This document shows, piece by piece, positions 36,866 through 45,504 of a stretch of DNA of 58,443 bases. Every line of letters begins with the position of its first letter. Position 1 is the first letter of the stretch. Source of the DNA: an uncultured archaeon (lineage in GTDB: Archaea > Asgardarchaeota > Lokiarchaeia > Sigyniarchaeales > SOKP01); contig CAZWEM010000024.1 of the NCBI GenBank assembly GCA_964632315.1, forward strand, positions 1 to 58,443, in the 5' to 3' direction. Made by a program: the position numbers and the translations under genes. The notes under the pieces were generated by a model. That model was given only the letters and a program-made list of their open reading frames with translations, had not been told where the DNA came from and ran no database searches.

Positions 36866-39800
36866 ATGATTGACACAAATTCGAATTTGAAGAAACGCAA
36901 AGAGAGAAAAAACTTAAAAGCACTTCAACCCGATTATCCACTTGTTGCAATTGGAGCATCTGCTGGTGGATTAGATGCTTTTGAACATTTTTTCACAAAT
37001 TTATCTTCAGATGGTAAAATGAGTTATGTATTGATAACTCATTTAGATCCCACACATGAAAGTTCTTTAGACGAATTAATAAGCCGATATACAGATTTAG
37101 AAGTAAAAACCGCTCAAGATGGGATGAAAGTCACTCCAAATACGATTTTTATACTCCCTCCTAATAGAACGATGAGCATCTCAGAAGGTATTTTGTTTCT
37201 TAAAGAACCCACCAAACCACGTGGACAAAGATTACCGATTGACCATTTCTTTCGTTCTTTAGCTATCGATCAAAAAGAAAATGCGATTGGAATTATATTT
37301 TCTGGTACTGGTAGTGATGGTACTTTAGGATTACGAGAAATTAAGGGTGTAGGAGGTTTAGCAATTGTTCAGGACCCTGATTCTGCAAATTATAAAGGAA
37401 TGCCCCAAAGTGCAATTCAAAACGTTAGAGTCGATATAATCGGAACTCCGGTAGAAATTGCTAATTTGCTCTTGAAATATAGAGAAAATCTTGGGAAAAT
37501 TCAATCAGCAAAAAAGAATATCGAAGTTGAAAGGGCTTTAGCAGACATTTTTCACAGTTTAAAATCCAATTATGGGCAAGATTTTTCGATGTATAAGCCT
37601 AGCACAATTAATCGAAGAATTGAAAGGCGAATGATAGTGAGGCAAATTCCTGATATTTCTGATTATGCTAATTTTATATTAGAAAATCAAGAAGAACTTG
37701 ATCTACTTTTCCGAGAGCTACTAATTGGAGTTACCAATTTCTTTCGAGATAAGAAAGCATTTGCAAAATTCAAATCTGAAGTCATTCCATTTTTAATTAG
37801 AAATAAACAAATAAACGATACTTTAAGAGTTTGGGTTCCTGCGTGTTCTACAGGAGAAGAAGCATACTCAATTGCTATTATTTTACTGGAAAAAACGAAA
37901 CTTTATAAAAAAAACTTGAAAATACAGATTTTTGCTACAGATGTAGATAAAGACGCAGTAGAAAAAGCTAGAATTGGTAAATATCCAGATAATATAATAG
38001 CAGACATCGATTCTGATCTTCTCGTGAGATATTTTGATCAAGTTGATAATATTTACGAAATTAAGAAAAAAGTAAGGGATAAAATAGTATTTGCTGTTCA
38101 AAATGTAATAAGAGATCCGCCTTTTTCAAAGATAGATCTGATTTCATGTAGGAATTTACTTATCTATCTCACAGCTGAGATTCAAAAAAAATTACTTGCA
38201 TTATTTCACTATACATTAAATCCTGATGGGATCTTGTTTTTAGGTTCTTCTGAATCACTTGGCTCTATGTCAGATATATTTGATCCTATAGATCGTAAAT
38301 ATAAAATATTCAAGAAAAAAGAAATTCCATCATATAAAATGGATGAGATATCCATATTTCCGCCATTGTTTGATCGTTTTAAAGTCAAGAAGTTTGAAAC
38401 TGGGAGAGATGTAGTGACGCTTGGATTAGAAGAGTTGATGCACACAGAATTATTAAATGCATTTTCTCCTCCTAGTGTTATTGTTGATGATAAAAATAGG
38501 ATATTGTACTTTCACGGTCAAACCAATAAATTTTTTAGCCCTCCAGAAGGTTTTGCGAAAATGGATTTAATTTCAATGGCTAAAGATCCATTAAAAGTGG
38601 AATTATCAACTTCAATACGTAAAGCAAGATTAAAAAAAGAAGATGTGAAGGTAAAGAATATTCAGATTAATGAAAATGGGGATAATGTGAATATCGATTT
38701 AATAATACACCCAATATTGGAACCACGCTCAATGAGAGACTTAATGATGATAGCGTTCAAGGAAGTCCCATTGGAGTCAAAGGAGCAAGACTTTTTGACC
38801 ACAAAAACTGGTGAAGATTTAATTGATTCACGAATAAAATATTTAGAAGAGGAATTAGAATCTACCAAGAAACATTTGCAAAGTACAATCGAGGAACTAG
38901 AAACATCTAATGAAGAGTTGAAATCAACAAATGAAGAACTACAGTCCTCCAATGAGGAACTCCAGAGTACTAATGAGGAATTGCAAACCTCAAAAGAAGA
39001 GCTTCAATCCATAAATGAAGAATTAATTGCAGTAAATACTGAATTAGAAGAAAAGATCCAAGAATTATCCAAGGCTAATAATGATCTGTCTAATCTAATG
39101 AAGAACTCAAAAATAGCTATTGTCTTTCTTAATCCAGATTTAACCATTAAACGCTTTACACCCGAATTCAGTAAGATTTTCAACGTTATTGAGTCAGATC
39201 TAGGACGTCCAATCTCACATATCGTTTCTAATTTAAAACATGCAACCCTTACTGAAGATATAAGAGAAATATTACAAAATTTAGGGATTTTAGAAAAAGA
39301 AGTCCAAACCATTGATGAAAACTGGTATAAGATGAAAATCTCACCCTACTTAACTGATGATAAAAAAATTGAGGGAGTAGTATTAACATTTTCGGAGATC
39401 ACCATGCAAAAAAAAGCTACTGAAGAAATAGAATTTTACCGAGATCTCCTTGTTCATGAAATTAATAACATCTTTCAAGTATTCTCTTCCAGTATTGAAA
39501 TGATAAAAGATCGAATTGATACTAATGAAGAGATAGATCATTCCTTTACCATTATTAGCAAAAATATTACCAGAGCAAGAAAGTTAATTAAAAATGTCCA
39601 AAAGATAGAAGAAATGTCAGATACTCCAGTTTACTTAGAACCTATTAATTTCCTCCCGATTTTAAATGATGTAAAAAATCATATCACTGAAATTGAGGAA
39701 AAAGACAGTCAAGCTGAAATTAAAATCGAAAATTTGTTAGATTCAGATACTATATTCATAGAGGGTGATGCTTTAATGAGCGATTTACTAGAAAATATTA

Positions 39801-40111
39801 TTCTAAATAGCATCCGTCACAATGATAACCCGCTTGCTGAAATTTCAATTAAACTTTCTGGAATAACTAAAAATAACACAGATTATCTAAAATTAGAATT
39901 TATTGACAATGGAATTGGGATTCCAGATCAATTAAAAGAAAACGTGTTCCAACGTTTATATTATAAACGAAAGAAAGGGATTGGGATTGGTTTGTCCGTA
40001 GTAAAGAGAATTGTAGAACGATATGAAGGAGATATATGGGTGGAAGATAGGGTGGAAGGAGATCATAAACAAGGGTCTAAATTTATCGTATTATTGCCAA
40101 TGAGTTCTTAA
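36866..40111 (+). CDS. CheB methylesterase - CheR methyltransferase - PAS - coiled coil - PAS - histidine kinase hybrid
   Basis: GASAGG, HL.P, SGTGSDG (CheB); GVTNFFRD, CSTGEEAYS, ISCRNLLIY (CheR); NEELQS heptads; HEINN H-box, DNGIGI, GIGIGL. Confidence 0.92.
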   Translation: MIDTNSNLKKRKERKNLKALQPDYPLVAIGASAGGLDAFEHFFTNLSSDGKMSYVLITHLDPTHESSLDELISRYTDLEVKTAQDGMKVTPNTIFILPPNRTMSISEGILFLKEPTKPRGQRLPIDHFFRSLAIDQKENAIGIIFSGTGSDGTLGLREIKGVGGLAIVQDPDSANYKGMPQSAIQNVRVDIIGTPVEIANLLLKYRENLGKIQSAKKNIEVERALADIFHSLKSNYGQDFSMYKPSTINRRIERRMIVRQIPDISDYANFILENQEELDLLFRELLIGVTNFFRDKKAFAKFKSEVIPFLIRNKQINDTLRVWVPACSTGEEAYSIAIILLEKTKLYKKNLKIQIFATDVDKDAVEKARIGKYPDNIIADIDSDLLVRYFDQVDNIYEIKKKVRDKIVFAVQNVIRDPPFSKIDLISCRNLLIYLTAEIQKKLLALFHYTLNPDGILFLGSSESLGSMSDIFDPIDRKYKIFKKKEIPSYKMDEISIFPPLFDRFKVKKFETGRDVVTLGLEELMHTELLNAFSPPSVIVDDKNRILYFHGQTNKFFSPPEGFAKMDLISMAKDPLKVELSTSIRKARLKKEDVKVKNIQINENGDNVNIDLIIHPILEPRSMRDLMMIAFKEVPLESKEQDFLTTKTGEDLIDSRIKYLEEELESTKKHLQSTIEELETSNEELKSTNEELQSSNEELQSTNEELQTSKEELQSINEELIAVNTELEEKIQELSKANNDLSNLMKNSKIAIVFLNPDLTIKRFTPEFSKIFNVIESDLGRPISHIVSNLKHATLTEDIREILQNLGILEKEVQTIDENWYKMKISPYLTDDKKIEGVVLTFSEITMQKKATEEIEFYRDLLVHEINNIFQVFSSSIEMIKDRIDTNEEIDHSFTIISKNITRARKLIKNVQKIEEMSDTPVYLEPINFLPILNDVKNHITEIEEKDSQAEIKIENLLDSDTIFIEGDALMSDLLENIILNSIRHNDNPLAEISIKLSGITKNNTDYLKLEFIDNGIGIPDQLKENVFQRLYYKRKKGIGIGLSVVKRIVERYEGDIWVEDRVEGDHKQGSKFIVLLPMSS

Positions 40112-40279
40112 AGCTTGTTCTGACCAAAAATTCACTAATAATTTTTATATCTCTCAAATTATCATTGAAAACTGGGTTTTAATGAGGTAAAATCCTTTAG
40201 GAATAAATACTCATTTCTAAAGTTATTAGCTTGAGGAGAATTGAATAATATTTGTCTTAAGTAATTTCCAATAGAAATT

Positions 40280-40981
40280 TTAATCAATTGGAACGATTAC
40301 AATTCCCTGGTTTTTCTGAATAGTAAAATTAAGCTTTCCTTTAAGATAATTATTTCCTTGATATTTAATGATTTCAATTGTTCGATATCCTCCTTTTAAT
40401 GGATTTTGGAGTTTGATGATACTATCACTTGTTTTATTAATTATTTCGGAATGTATTTTTTTTAGAATTTCACCATCGATTTCATCAATAATAAGCGAGG
40501 TTACGGAATATGAATTTAACCACGATTTTAGTTGCAAAATGCCCTTTTTGATAGTTTCGATATCTGGATACTTACTAAATAAAACACTTAATGAATCCAT
40601 AACAATTCTTTTTGCTTTTATTTTTCTTACTGCCATTTGAATTTGAAGTAGTAACCCACCTAAATCAAAATCCCCACTAATTTCAAAATCATCTTTAAAA
40701 TGAGAAGATACATCAATAAACTCCCATAATCCTTGATTCACATGCTCTGAGATGTCCCATCCTAATTCTTTTGTCTTACTTATAACCGTTTCCTGATTTT
40801 CATCAAGAGTGATAAACACACCTGGCTCGTTAGATATGAGAATTCCCCTTATGAGAAATTGCACCCCAAAAATTGTTTTACCACTCCTTGGAGGGCCCAT
40901 AACAACAGTTAATTTCTTTTCTGGTATCCCTTTTTTACAAAATTTATCAAATCCTTCAATTCCAATAGGAATTTTTGACAT
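40280..40981 (-). CDS. kaiC: single-domain KaiC (CI-like) ATPase
   Basis: GIEGFD, Walker A GPPRSGKT, EPGVFITLDE, GWD, GDFDLGGL B-loop region, KRIVMDS, RTIEIIKYQG; only one RecA domain. Confidence 0.85.
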   Translation of the reverse strand: MSKIPIGIEGFDKFCKKGIPEKKLTVVMGPPRSGKTIFGVQFLIRGILISNEPGVFITLDENQETVISKTKELGWDISEHVNQGLWEFIDVSSHFKDDFEISGDFDLGGLLLQIQMAVRKIKAKRIVMDSLSVLFSKYPDIETIKKGILQLKSWLNSYSVTSLIIDEIDGEILKKIHSEIINKTSDSIIKLQNPLKGGYRTIEIIKYQGNNYLKGKLNFTIQKNQGIVIVPID

Positions 40982-41000
40982 AATAAAATCCTTAGAGTTT

Positions 41001-41270
41001 TTATGCTTCACTATTTATTTGTAATAAAGAACTAATCTCCAGAGTGGAGAGATCTCCTACGATCTGTTTTGAAGGTTTTGGTAAATATTTAATCAATAAT
41101 GGTGTGGCTATAATGCTTAATGATTTAGCAATTTTAGGATTTTCTTTAAGATCCAATATAGTTAAATTACATTCATGCCCTTTACAGACTTTTTCTAAAT
41201 TTTCCATTGTTTTAATAGATTTAGAGCAGTTTTTATCCATCACGAATAATAAAAATGAAAACTTCGTCAT
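41001..41270 (-). CDS. kaiB: KaiB family protein
   Basis: ILDLKENPKIA...IIATPLLIK.LP.P...IVGDLS matches the KaiB signature. Confidence 0.88.
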   Translation of the reverse strand: MTKFSFLLFVMDKNCSKSIKTMENLEKVCKGHECNLTILDLKENPKIAKSLSIIATPLLIKYLPKPSKQIVGDLSTLEISSLLQINSEA

Positions 41271-41379
41271 TTAATTTAAAAAAAACCTACTATGAAATTT
41301 TATTACTTAATAACTCATCAAAAAGATAGGATTATAAATCTTTAGGCTAATATTTTAAAGAATAAAAAATATGCCTAAA

Positions 41380-42279
41380 TCAATATAAGATTTCGATGAT
41401 CTTAGTCCAATAATTCTTAAATGACAAGATATTTTTATTTAATGAGTTTCTGCTTTTTATTTCTCGGCTAAATTCCCTAAATATTTCTTTTATTCTAAGA
41501 GAGTTCAAATAAGTGATAGATCTTGTAATTACAGCTAGCATGTATATTTTTTTCCCTTGACGCTCATTTGAGCAAGAATACGAATCTAAAAATAAGAAAC
41601 AACTTCTTTCAATATTTTTAAGATTTAAAAGTAAACTTTCACTCGCTGATATTGAATCATGACCATAAATTAAATTTGCGGCATGAAATAATTGTACTGT
41701 GATTTTATCGATGGGGAGAGTTATTTTTCGTTTGCTGGGATACGTTTTTTTATTAACTGGTCCTAATTTATCATCCCAAACTGCATGAATCAAGTAGGTA
41801 TCTTTGATTAATTTATCTTTAGTGCTCTCTGTTTGAATAGGTACCTGTATGTCAACCGTTTTTTCAAAATGGTCATAAACTTGTCCAGATAATTGTTTTT
41901 CATTTAATTTTTCATGAATGATTCTAATCAAATCCTCTTCTTCTATGGGTTTTACAAGGAATTCATCTGCCCCTAATTCTTTTGCATAATCAATATCCTT
42001 TGGCATTGAAAGTGCAGTCAAGAAAATGAAGGGTACTTGAGAATATTTAGGATTTGATGAAATTTTCTTTAAAAATTCATACCCATCTATTTCGGGCATC
42101 ATGATATCACTAATGATTATATCAGGTAAATAACCTTCACTCGAGAGTATCTTGAGTGCTTCATTGCCATTTTTAGCCGAAGCTACCTCAAAATCATGAT
42201 CTTCTAAAATTAAATGAAAATTGAATAACAAATCTTGATTATCTTCTACAAGCATTACCTTTTTGAGTCCATTCTTCAT
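41380..42279 (-). CDS. response regulator: N-terminal REC plus C-terminal longin/uDENN-like domain
   Basis: LVEDN, IISDIMMP..DG, PFIFLTA, FLVKP (REC); C-terminal LIHAVWDDKLGP..KKTYP; output-domain call is less certain than the REC call. Confidence 0.8.
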   Translation of the reverse strand: MKNGLKKVMLVEDNQDLLFNFHLILEDHDFEVASAKNGNEALKILSSEGYLPDIIISDIMMPEIDGYEFLKKISSNPKYSQVPFIFLTALSMPKDIDYAKELGADEFLVKPIEEEDLIRIIHEKLNEKQLSGQVYDHFEKTVDIQVPIQTESTKDKLIKDTYLIHAVWDDKLGPVNKKTYPSKRKITLPIDKITVQLFHAANLIYGHDSISASESLLLNLKNIERSCFLFLDSYSCSNERQGKKIYMLAVITRSITYLNSLRIKEIFREFSREIKSRNSLNKNILSFKNYWTKIIEILY

Positions 42280-42298
42280 TATTCCCACCAATATTTTT

Positions 42299-44050
42299 CT
42301 AACTTATACGAGAATTTGGCAAAACAATTGAAAACGTTGTTCCTCGATCTAAATTTCTTTTAGCATGGATCTTTCCACCATGCATTTGTATTATTGTTTT
42401 AGCGATAGAAAGTCCCAATCCAATATCTTCGATATGAGCGACCCTTTTAGAGCGATAAAAGCGTTCAAAAAGATGAGATAGATCTTCATCATTGATTCCA
42501 ATTCCATGATCCACAAATTCGATTATAAGTTCATTAACATTTTTCTCATTAAGACGGTTAAAATTGGAATTCACAATTATTTCTGAATCTCTTTTTGAAT
42601 ATTTAATCGCATTATCTATGAGAATTTGAAAGACCTGTTTTATCTTATTTTTATCAGCATTTACTTTAATATTTTTATTTATGTTGTCTACTATCTTTAT
42701 ATTTTTCTCTTTTGCCAAGGGTTCCATAGATTCAATTGATTCAGATATTTCATTACTAAGTGAAAATCTTTCTATGTTTAAATTAATGCTACTATCATTT
42801 AATTGAGTAAAAGTTACCAAACCTTTAATTAAATCATCAATTGATTTAAGATTTCGATATACTCCATTAAATATCTTTTTTTCCAATTCAGAATTTATTC
42901 TTTCTCTATTTCTCTCGAGATATTTTAATGACATTTGTATGACCGATAATGGAGTTCGTAATTGATGAATGATATTTGAGACAAACTTCTCAAATTTTTT
43001 TTCAGTTGCTTTTAGCTTGGTGATATCTGTACCATAAATGTTTACGTATTCTGAACTCTTGATCGGAATTATCGTCAATAAATACTTATGAGACTTTCTA
43101 TCGATTTCAATTGTTTTTACTTTATCTTTTAATAATGCTTGATTAGTTACTTTCTGAATAACTTCTGGGAGAGATTTTTTCTCATTTAACAAAAAAATTT
43201 TTTTAGCTCTTTCATTAGCAAAAAGAATCTTTCCTTTTGATAATCGAAGTATTGGAGCGGGATTTTCTGAAGGAAATTTACCAAGATCTAATAATTGATT
43301 GTTTCTTATTTCCAATAACTCCTCAAGATGGTCTTTATATTCTTCTAATTCTCTCTCATTTTTTTTGAGGTCGCTAATATCTGAAAATATTAATCCTAAA
43401 TTCTCATTGCATCTAAATGCTTTCGCAATTAAAGTGCGTGGTCCAAATTTTTCATTTGTAGTGATTTCATCTAAAATCAATGGATGTCCAGTTTCTAAAA
43501 CATGCTTGTATAAGTTGAATCTTTCTGTTTCTTCAATTCCCGGTACTAATTCAGTGATATTTTTTCCTATTAAATCCTTTTTGGACAAATCTGGAAAAAA
43601 ATCACTCATCAAACTCTTATTAGCATCGACAAAGTTGAGATTTGAATCATAAAGGACGAATCCATCGATACTTTCTTCCCAAAAATTAGCATACTTAATC
43701 TCAAATTGAGAAAAGCTACTCATATCTAAAATAGTACCAGATATTTCTTCGATATCTCCTGTTGAACTAAATCTTGGAATTCCAACAATTGTAATGAATT
43801 TCGAATTACCATCTTTATTGATCATATGATGATTTTGAACGAACGGAGCTTTATTGGAGGTTATTTTCGAAAATAATATTTGAAATAGGTCTGAATTTTG
43901 AGAGTGAATAAGATTCATAAAGAAATGGGAGTTATCGATTGCAGAAAAATCAATGGAATCTTTTTTTAAATCCCATTTCCATTGACCTACAATATAAATA
44001 TTTTTTTCATCTTTATAATCTCTATTGGAGGATATGCTGTTTTTCATCAT
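42299..44050 (-). CDS. multi-PAS cytoplasmic sensor histidine kinase
   Basis: PAS-like segments, HQLRTPL H-box, LIDNAIKY, DHGIGI, FERFYR, GLGLSI...HGG. Confidence 0.9.
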   Translation of the reverse strand: MMKNSISSNRDYKDEKNIYIVGQWKWDLKKDSIDFSAIDNSHFFMNLIHSQNSDLFQILFSKITSNKAPFVQNHHMINKDGNSKFITIVGIPRFSSTGDIEEISGTILDMSSFSQFEIKYANFWEESIDGFVLYDSNLNFVDANKSLMSDFFPDLSKKDLIGKNITELVPGIEETERFNLYKHVLETGHPLILDEITTNEKFGPRTLIAKAFRCNENLGLIFSDISDLKKNERELEEYKDHLEELLEIRNNQLLDLGKFPSENPAPILRLSKGKILFANERAKKIFLLNEKKSLPEVIQKVTNQALLKDKVKTIEIDRKSHKYLLTIIPIKSSEYVNIYGTDITKLKATEKKFEKFVSNIIHQLRTPLSVIQMSLKYLERNRERINSELEKKIFNGVYRNLKSIDDLIKGLVTFTQLNDSSINLNIERFSLSNEISESIESMEPLAKEKNIKIVDNINKNIKVNADKNKIKQVFQILIDNAIKYSKRDSEIIVNSNFNRLNEKNVNELIIEFVDHGIGINDEDLSHLFERFYRSKRVAHIEDIGLGLSIAKTIIQMHGGKIHAKRNLDRGTTFSIVLPNSRIS

Positions 44051-44147
44051 TAAGTGGTCTTCTTTTGTTAGTAATTGTCATATATTTATACCTTATGATC
44101 CTTAGTATAACAATTGAATAGACAACAGAAAATATGAACAATTTAAC

Positions 44148-44690
44148 TTATTTCATTAAAGTTTTATCAAAAACAGTATAAATAGTTGAGGTGAAGATTT
44201 CAAAATAGATGTCATCAGGAATAAGTTGTTTTATCCTATAACTTAATTGTTCAATTGTTTTTTCATCAATATCAGGTCTTAAATCTTCTAAATCCGGATC
44301 ATGTTTATGAATGAAAATTGTTATGTCTAAATTACCCCCAAATCTTTCAATTTTTTCAATGATGCTTTTAAAATAATCCAATGCTAAATCATATCGCTCT
44401 TTATCTTGAATATCAATAACGTAAACTATTTTATATGCTTCCTTTAAATATTTTTCAAAATTATCTAAATAGTCTTCTCGATATACTTTTTGACCGCCTA
44501 AATCCCAAATACTATATCTTGAACCATTGATTTCATGCTGTATTATGTCCGCACCGAGAGTAGGGTTAAGTGAGATATAATCAAGGAGATTCGTCTTTCC
44601 AATTAGATTTAGTACAATAGATGTTTTGCCACTATTATCCAATCCCATAACAAGAATTTTGGAAGAGGAATTTTCATCTGTGCTACTCAT
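44148..44690 (-). CDS. small GTPase, Arf/Rag-like
   Basis: G1 GLDNSGKTS, G2 PT, G3 WDLGGQ, G4 HKHD, G5-like TSTIY. Confidence 0.9.
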   Translation of the reverse strand: MSSTDENSSSKILVMGLDNSGKTSIVLNLIGKTNLLDYISLNPTLGADIIQHEINGSRYSIWDLGGQKVYREDYLDNFEKYLKEAYKIVYVIDIQDKERYDLALDYFKSIIEKIERFGGNLDITIFIHKHDPDLEDLRPDIDEKTIEQLSYRIKQLIPDDIYFEIFTSTIYTVFDKTLMK

Positions 44691-44722
44691 AAATTTCTAA
44701 CCTGATTACTATTTTAGACAAA

Positions 44723-45376
44723 TTAGAATACTTTTTCAATATCATCCATTTTCCGTAAATTTTCAAGTCTTTTTTTTTCTAGATCTAACACGAAAGAAGC
44801 ACTATAGGACAGGAATTTGAGGATATCATAATTTTTTAGAGTGTAATACTTGATATTCTCAATTTTTTCCGAACTTAGAATGCCGGTTTTTATAAGTTCA
44901 TTTACTTTTTGAGATGCATGAGCTTGGCTTATATCCAATTCCTCTTGAATTTCTTTTGAATTTTTTTTATTATTCTTGAGTAATTTAATAAGATCAATCT
45001 TTACGGGATCTGCTAAAGATTTTAAGAAATCCGCAAGTAAATTTTCAAGTCTTTTTTTTTCTAGATCTAACACGAAAGAAGCACTATAGGACAGGAATTT
45101 GAGGATATCATAATTTTTTAGAGTGTAATACTTGATATTCTCAATTTTTTCCGAACTTAGAATGCCGGTTTTTATAAGTTCATTTACTTTTTGAGATGCA
45201 TGAGCTTGGCTTATATCCAATTCCTCTTGAATTTCTTTTGAATTTTTTTTATTATTCTTGAGTAATTTAATAAGATCAATCTTTACGGGATCTGCTAAAG
45301 ATTTTAAGAAATCCGCAATATAATCTGATAAAGTACTCATACCATCTATTCCCTTCCTATTTGAAGATATAACCAT
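44723..45376 (-). CDS. ArsR-family winged-HTH regulator with an exact internal duplication (alternative start at 45340)
   Basis: FLKSLADP.K..LI.LL...EI..EL.ISQ..ASQ....L...GI present twice. Confidence 0.8.
   Translation of the reverse strand: MVISSNRKGIDGMSTLSDYIADFLKSLADPVKIDLIKLLKNNKKNSKEIQEELDISQAHASQKVNELIKTGILSSEKIENIKYYTLKNYDILKFLSYSASFVLDLEKKRLENLLADFLKSLADPVKIDLIKLLKNNKKNSKEIQEELDISQAHASQKVNELIKTGILSSEKIENIKYYTLKNYDILKFLSYSASFVLDLEKKRLENLRKMDDIEKVF
44755..45318. repeat. exact tandem duplication, 2 x 282 nt
   Basis: 44755-45036 appears identical to 45037-45318; 94-codon unit. Confidence 0.95.
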
Positions 45377-45378
45377 TG

Positions 45379-45413
45379 AAATATTTAAATATTTTATCTA
45401 TAAATATTCGGAT
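45379..45413 (-). promoter_or_regulatory. BRE-TATA plus 16-bp palindrome (candidate ArsR operator)
   Basis: CCGAATATTTATA ending about 23 nt upstream of ATG 45376; AAATATTTAAATATTT at 45379-45394. Confidence 0.5.
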
Positions 45414-45504
45414 TATTTTTTTTGTCATATAATCTTTACAAACTTACTTTTTATAAGATTTAAACACTAAATTTATAATTCAGATATATAAATAGAGGAA
45501 AGAA

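Noticed and set aside
38885-39050. 21-nt periodic repeats as a CRISPR array or VNTR
   Set aside because: They are degenerate codons for the NEELQS heptad coiled coil typical of CheB-CheR fusion proteins; there are no spacers
40280-41270. Complete circadian clock
   Set aside because: No KaiA and no CII phosphorylation domain in the window
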